From assembly GCA_044220955.1 (NCBI GenBank), contig JBGAQA010000080.1, positions 1 through 32,623 on the forward strand: 32,623 nt of DNA, written 5' to 3'. How positions within the stretch are numbered: the stretch's first letter is position 1; each line of letters begins with the position of its first letter. This stretch comes from Sandaracinaceae bacterium (lineage in GTDB: Bacteria; Myxococcota_A; Polyangia; Polyangiales; Sandaracinaceae). Position numbers and translations under genes: made by a program. Positions 28,251 to 32,623 of this stretch are shown piece by piece. Below the pieces are notes generated by a model. It saw nothing but the letters and a program-made list of their open reading frames with translations, ran no database searches and was not told the origin of the DNA.

Positions 28251-29696
28251 ATGCGGAGCCTCTGGATGTGCGTCGTCGCCGTGGGCTTGGCTGGCTGTGA
28301 CGGAGGCGCGCTCGGCACGCGGACGGACGCGGGCGGCTCGGACGCCGGGCGGACGGACGCGAGCGCGACGGATGCCGGCGCCGGCATCGACGCCGCGGCG
28401 CGCGACGCGTCCACGACGGACGACGCCTGGAGCGCGACCCCGGTGGACGCGTGGGCGGCCGCGCCGATCGACGCGTGGTCTGCCGTCGATGCGTGGTCGG
28501 CGACGCCCGCCGACGCGTGGTCCGCGCCCGCCGACGCGTGGGCCCCGCCCGTCGACGGCGGGCGCGACGCCGGACCGAGCTGCCCGAGCTACGCCGGCCC
28601 GACCCGCCCTGCGACCTGCCCGCTCGACGCCGAGGTGGTGATCTGGACCCAGAACGGCTGGAACCCCCTCGCCGACGCGATCGCCGCGGAGCCGAGCGAC
28701 TGCGCCGAGTACTGGATCGACATCGCGCCGCAGTCGGCGGACTCGACGATGCTCCGGGCGGGCGAGGCGGCGCGCATGCACGCGCGCGGCCTCCCGAGCG
28801 TGCACGCGATGGCCGAGTTCCACTGGGGCGACTGGAGCAACTACCACGCGTCGACCGGCGCCTCGTGGACGGAGATCGGGCATCTGTTCCGCCAGCGCAT
28901 GGAGGATGCGGGCTACTGCGTGCAGTCGGGCGACACCTGGGGCATCAACGAAGCACCGACCGGCGCGCGCCTCGACAGCGGCACCGTTCGCGCCGACATG
29001 ATCGAGCTCGTGCGCGCGCTCGACGAGGGCATGCCCGGCATGCCGCCGGCGCGCGGCGCGGTGTTCGTGATCAACTTCGGCCACGGCAGCAGCACCGGCA
29101 GCGTCTACAAGGGCAACCTCGAGAGCTGGCTCGCGGACGCGACGTTCTGGGCGCAGATGAACCTGCACGTCCGCTTCTGGGCGCAGGAGGTCTACACGGA
29201 TCCCGACGTGACGTGCGTCCCCTCGAGCACGCTCGCCGCGCGCGCGACGCACATCCAGGAGTTCACCGAGCATCCGGCGCGCCTCGCCGCGGCCGCGCCC
29301 GCCTCCGCCGGGGCCGACACCGCGCAGAGCTACTTCGGCCGCGCGTACGTCCCTCTGATGAACGCGTTCTGGGGATCGAACGGCGCGTACGGCCACACCG
29401 TCGTCCCGCTCTCGACGATGCAGATGCTCGTCTCGGAGCAGGTGTACGCCACACGCGCGTGGGCCGACACGCACGCCTACCCCGACGGACGCATCGGGCT
29501 CGGCTTCGGCAGCGCCATGACCCCCGACGAGTGGGCCACGCTCGGCCAGCGCATCGCGCGCGCCATCCGCGGGGCCTACGGCCGCAGCGCGACGGCGAGC
29601 GGCGCGTGCTTCGAGGGCAGCACGAGCGCGTGGTGCAGCTGCTCGGTGAGCGGCGCGGCCTTCACCGGCATCTGGACGGGCTTCGGCACCTGGTAG
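28251..29696 (+). CDS. hypothetical lipoprotein (481 aa) with DAW-repeat linker and globular domain
   Basis: Lipobox MRSLWMCVVAVGLAGC, DAG/DAW low-complexity linker, then a Trp/Cys-rich globular region with GC-rich third positions. Confidence 0.85.
   Translation: MRSLWMCVVAVGLAGCDGGALGTRTDAGGSDAGRTDASATDAGAGIDAAARDASTTDDAWSATPVDAWAAAPIDAWSAVDAWSATPADAWSAPADAWAPPVDGGRDAGPSCPSYAGPTRPATCPLDAEVVIWTQNGWNPLADAIAAEPSDCAEYWIDIAPQSADSTMLRAGEAARMHARGLPSVHAMAEFHWGDWSNYHASTGASWTEIGHLFRQRMEDAGYCVQSGDTWGINEAPTGARLDSGTVRADMIELVRALDEGMPGMPPARGAVFVINFGHGSSTGSVYKGNLESWLADATFWAQMNLHVRFWAQEVYTDPDVTCVPSSTLAARATHIQEFTEHPARLAAAAPASAGADTAQSYFGRAYVPLMNAFWGSNGAYGHTVVPLSTMQMLVSEQVYATRAWADTHAYPDGRIGLGFGSAMTPDEWATLGQRIARAIRGAYGRSATASGACFEGSTSAWCSCSVSGAAFTGIWTGFGTW
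28422..28550 (+). repeat. in-frame tandem repeat, 6 x GA(C/T)GC(C/G)TGG (Asp-Ala-Trp) units
   Basis: Units start at 28422, 28446, 28470, 28488, 28512 and 28533 (spacing 24, 24, 18, 24, 21 nt). Confidence 0.85.
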
Positions 29697-29720
29697 CGGG
29701 GCAGCGCCCAGGCCTGCGCT

Positions 29721-30638
29721 TCAGTCGTCGCGCGGATTGAGCCGAACGAGGGGTCGGCCGTCGTCGGCGGGGGACGGCGTGAACGACTCCGTGTCGCCGT
29801 CGGGGAGCTTCACACGCCCGCTGCGCCACTCGGCTCGCGCCGCCTCGATGCGCTCGAGCGAGGAGTGGAGGTAGTTCCACCACAGGTAGCGCGGGCCGAC
29901 GCCGGCGCCGCCGAACACGAGCAGCCGGGAGGGCGACGACGCGATCCCGCACAGCGAGCCCTGCCCCTGGTCCACGACGGCGCATTGTCCTGCGCGGACG
30001 CGGGTGTCGCCGACCTCGACCTCGCCCTCGCGCACGTAGATCGCGCGCTCGGGCGCCTCGGGGAGCGACCAGCGCGCGCTCGCGTCGAGCGCGACGTCGG
30101 CCAGGAGGATCGACGTCGCGAACGGCATGCCGGAGGGCGACTCCGGGGGCGACGGAAAGAGCCAGCGCACGGTCGCGCCCCCGGCGCTCGAGGTCCGGTG
30201 CTCGTCCCGCGTGCGGCGGAAGAAGCTCGGCTCGACGTCCTCGTATCCGTCGGGGAGCGCGAGCAGGAGCTGGAACATCTCGAGGCCGCCCCCGAGCAAG
30301 CGCTGTCGCTCGAAGCGCTCGGAGTGCACCACGCCCCGGCCGGACACGGTGGATCCGAGGTCGCCCGCGCGCAGCTCGCAGCGGTTGCCGAGCGAGTCGC
30401 GGTGCGTGATGGCGCCGTCGAGGACGTACGAGACGGCCGCGAGGCCGATGTGCGGGTGCGGGCGCACGTCCGCATCGACCGGCAGCCCGAACGGAGCGCT
30501 CGCCGGCATCGAGAGGTGCACGACCACGCAGAACGGGCCGACGGATCGAGGCGCGCCGCCCCGCTCGATCGGAGCCGCGAGCAGGTTCGTCGAGCCCGGC
30601 GGACCGGGCAGCCTCTTGGCGTCGTGGATGGTGGTCAA
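29721..30638 (-). CDS. pirin family protein (~305 aa)
   Basis: SVGPF, DVRPHPHIGL, HRDSLG, SGRGVVHSE, EDVEPSF, RYLWWN. TTG start at 30638 preceded by GGAGG. Confidence 0.9.
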   Translation of the reverse strand: MTTIHDAKRLPGPPGSTNLLAAPIERGGAPRSVGPFCVVVHLSMPASAPFGLPVDADVRPHPHIGLAAVSYVLDGAITHRDSLGNRCELRAGDLGSTVSGRGVVHSERFERQRLLGGGLEMFQLLLALPDGYEDVEPSFFRRTRDEHRTSSAGGATVRWLFPSPPESPSGMPFATSILLADVALDASARWSLPEAPERAIYVREGEVEVGDTRVRAGQCAVVDQGQGSLCGIASSPSRLLVFGGAGVGPRYLWWNYLHSSLERIEAARAEWRSGRVKLPDGDTESFTPSPADDGRPLVRLNPRDD

Positions 30639-30750
30639 GGACCCTCCGGGGGAGCTTCTCACGGCAGCCCCGGCGGTGCGCCCTTTCGATCCGCAGCGCC
30701 GCTCGCGACACGCGATCTCCCGCGCGCTCGCGTCCGCGCTCGACGATACC

Positions 30751-31212
30751 TCACTCGAATATCCGCACCCGATACTCGTAGCAGCACGCGTCCTCGACGC
30801 CGGCGCTGCGCAGCGCGCGCGTGCGCTCGTCGCTGAACAGCGCCACGGTGTATGTCGGGATCCAGGGCGGGCACGCGATCGCGTCGGCGTCTGGGTCGGC
30901 GCTCTGGCGAACGTCACCCATGGCAGCGAGACAGGGGTAGGACCCGCCCGTCGCGATGAGCCCCCGCGTTTCGTGCGTCGCGTGCACGCACCCCCAGCCC
31001 GCAGGTGCCTGCGTGGTCGGGTCCTGAGGCGCGAGCGAGGGGCCGCTCACGAGCTGCGCAGCTTCGAAGGGGTCCGCGCTCGTCACCGGCGTGTGGGGAT
31101 GCTCGACCCGACAGATGCTCCTGTCGGCGTGGGACGTCACGCACGCCGAGAGCGCGAGCCCGAAGGAGGTTGCGAGGAGCACGAGCGCCCTCGTTCGGAC
31201 CCGCGAGTGCAT
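30751..31212 (-). CDS. small Cys-rich lipoprotein (153 aa)
   Basis: Lipobox ALVLLATSFGLALSAC; six further Cys, ending ACCYEYRVRIFE. Confidence 0.65.
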   Translation of the reverse strand: MHSRVRTRALVLLATSFGLALSACVTSHADRSICRVEHPHTPVTSADPFEAAQLVSGPSLAPQDPTTQAPAGWGCVHATHETRGLIATGGSYPCLAAMGDVRQSADPDADAIACPPWIPTYTVALFSDERTRALRSAGVEDACCYEYRVRIFE

Positions 31213-31298
31213 CCGCGAATGCGTAGCACGGCGTCCCGCATGCCTCCCTTTCGTTCACGAGCCAATCGCCGCCGAAGCGAGTGTGCGATGCTGGCGCC

Positions 31299-31640
31299 AT
31301 GACTCGCTTCGTGCCCTGTCTCGCGCTGCTCGGCGCTTCGATCCTCGGCTGCGGAGCCGCGCAGCGCGACGCGACCGGCGCCCACGTTGCGCCCCGACCG
31401 AGCGAGACGGAGACGCGCGACGCCGAGGTGGTCTCGCCGCCGAGCGAGCCCGGGCCCGAGCGCGAGAGGCCTGGTCCGGCGCAGCCAGCGGCTCATGGCG
31501 AGGTGTGCAGCTCGGCGGATCACGGCGTCTCGCGTCCCTGCGCCGAAGGGCTCTCGTGCTGCTACCCGTGCGGCATCGACGGATGCGACTCCGTCTGCCA
31601 CACCGCCGAGGAGTGCCAGATGGACAGGATGCGACCCTGA
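31299..31640 (+). CDS. small Cys-rich lipoprotein (113 aa)
   Basis: MTRFVPCLALLGASILGC, a Pro/Glu linker, then C-terminal CSSADHGVSRPCAEGLSCCYPCGIDGCDSVCHTAEEC (8 Cys). Confidence 0.75.
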   Translation: MTRFVPCLALLGASILGCGAAQRDATGAHVAPRPSETETRDAEVVSPPSEPGPERERPGPAQPAAHGEVCSSADHGVSRPCAEGLSCCYPCGIDGCDSVCHTAEECQMDRMRP

Positions 31641-32338
31641 CCTCCGCGCCCGCACCCCGACGGCCTCGGCCGTTCCAGCTCGCCGATCACCAACCGGAGG
31701 TCGTCGTCCCAGATGCGATTGCGCTCGTCCTGCGTGGTGCGCGCGAGCGCCTCCAAGCGCGTGATCGCGCCGCTCGTGAGCGTGGTCGACCAGTCGTAGA
31801 ACGTGTGGCTCACCGCGGCGACGACGACTCCCTGGCTCGCGAGCGACTCGAGCAGGTCGCGGTTGTCGTGGCGCGGCCCGCCGAGGCCGTGGGAGTAGAG
31901 GAGCAGCGGCCAGCGGGCACGTCCGCCGGAGAGGGGGACGTCGAACGTGGAATGGGTGCGCACGTCCTCGTGCACGCCGGGCCAAGAGCCATCGGGTGTG
32001 TAGAGCGCGTCTCCCTCCGCATCCGTCATGAGGCCGGCGGCGGGGCCGTCGGCGTCGGTCGGATAGAAGAGCTGGATCACGACCTCTCGGTGGTCGTCCG
32101 GGTCGTCCGTCGCCACCTCCGGTCGCGCGCCGTCGACGAAGTGGAAGATGCGCGTCCCGACGCGCCAGGGTCCGGCGGGCGCCGGTCCGAGCTCGACCGT
32201 CGGCGACGCGGGAGACGGCACGGGCGGATCGGCGATGGCGTCCGCGCACGCGGGACCGGTTCCCGTCGGGGCCACCGTGCAGGCAGCCAGGAAGACGGCG
32301 GCGACAGGCCCCCGCGGTGCCCCGAGACGCGGACCCAC
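31562..32338 (-). pseudogene. 3'-truncated PAF-acetylhydrolase-like alpha/beta hydrolase lipoprotein
   Basis: GPWRVG...DDHREVVIQLFYP...WPLLLYSHGLGG...LASQGVVVAAVSH...DDLRLVIGEL. Similarity stops near 31670, before any GHSxGG nucleophile, and the ORF then runs 79 nt into the convergent gene. Confidence 0.7.
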
Positions 32339-32480
32339 GTCTCAGAGCTACGCACGCCGGAGGCCACCGCGAGTGCCTCGAGCGCCCGCTCACCGCATCA
32401 GGAAGATCGCGGTCGCGCGCGAAGCGCTGCGAGCGTTGACGGGATCAACGCGCAGGGCGACGATTCACGCGGAGGCAACG

Positions 32481-32623
32481 ATGGATCGACGACTCCGGAC
32501 CGTGGTTTGGGGCCTGCTCCTGGTCGGGTGCGGCGCGTCCGGCGGCAGCGACGCCGGCTCGGGCGGCGGAGGTGACGCGGGCGCCATCGCCACCGAGTGC
32601 GTGACGTACTGCGAGGGTGCGTA
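32481..32623 (+). CDS. lipoprotein, 5' part only (runs off the window)
   Basis: GGAGG RBS followed by MDRRLRTVVWGLLLVGCGASGGSDAGSGGGGDAGAIATECVTYCEGA, i.e. lipobox plus DAG linker. Confidence 0.7.
   Translation, partial: MDRRLRTVVWGLLLVGCGASGGSDAGSGGGGDAGAIATECVTYCEGA

Noticed and set aside
28422..28550. Short regularly spaced repeats as a CRISPR array
   Set aside because: The units are 9-nt cores at 18-24-nt in-frame spacing inside a coding sequence, and there are no cas genes.

Overview
Very GC-rich bacterial DNA. The gene content points to a myxobacterium, probably Polyangiales/Sandaracinus-like (inference from DAG-linker lipoproteins, PEGA/TPR proteins, a Hanks-type kinase, an orphan VgrG and a HEAT-repeat chemosensory cluster). 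From left to right the window holds: (1) a rearranged 4-kb segment, where a ~97%-identical 5'-truncated copy of the nearby glycoside-hydrolase gene is fused back-to-back to the 3' tail of sthA, followed by an unknown membrane protein and a frameshifted IS91-like transposase relic absent from the ORF track; (2) an exported GH94-like lipoprotein and uvrC; (3) two Fur-box-like sites ahead of tonB, an alpha/beta hydrolase and an MMPL/RND transporter; (4) a structured palindromic element and an orphan vgrG with an unusual ~136-aa Gly/Ala-rich N-terminal extension; (5) divergent from vgrG, a receptor-less cheY-cheA-cheW-cheW-HEAT-cheR-cheB operon; (6) two head-to-head paralogous TPR-PEGA genes beside a Ser/Thr kinase with an extracytoplasmic PEGA domain; (7) a DAW-repeat lipoprotein, a pirin, small Cys-rich lipoproteins and a truncated PAF-acetylhydrolase-like gene. 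I saw no rRNA, tRNA or CRISPR array. The best candidates for something new are the N-terminally extended VgrG linked to the MCP-less Che cluster, the TPR-PEGA pair with its PEGA kinase, and the duplication junction. All family calls come from motif recognition by eye, with no database searches.
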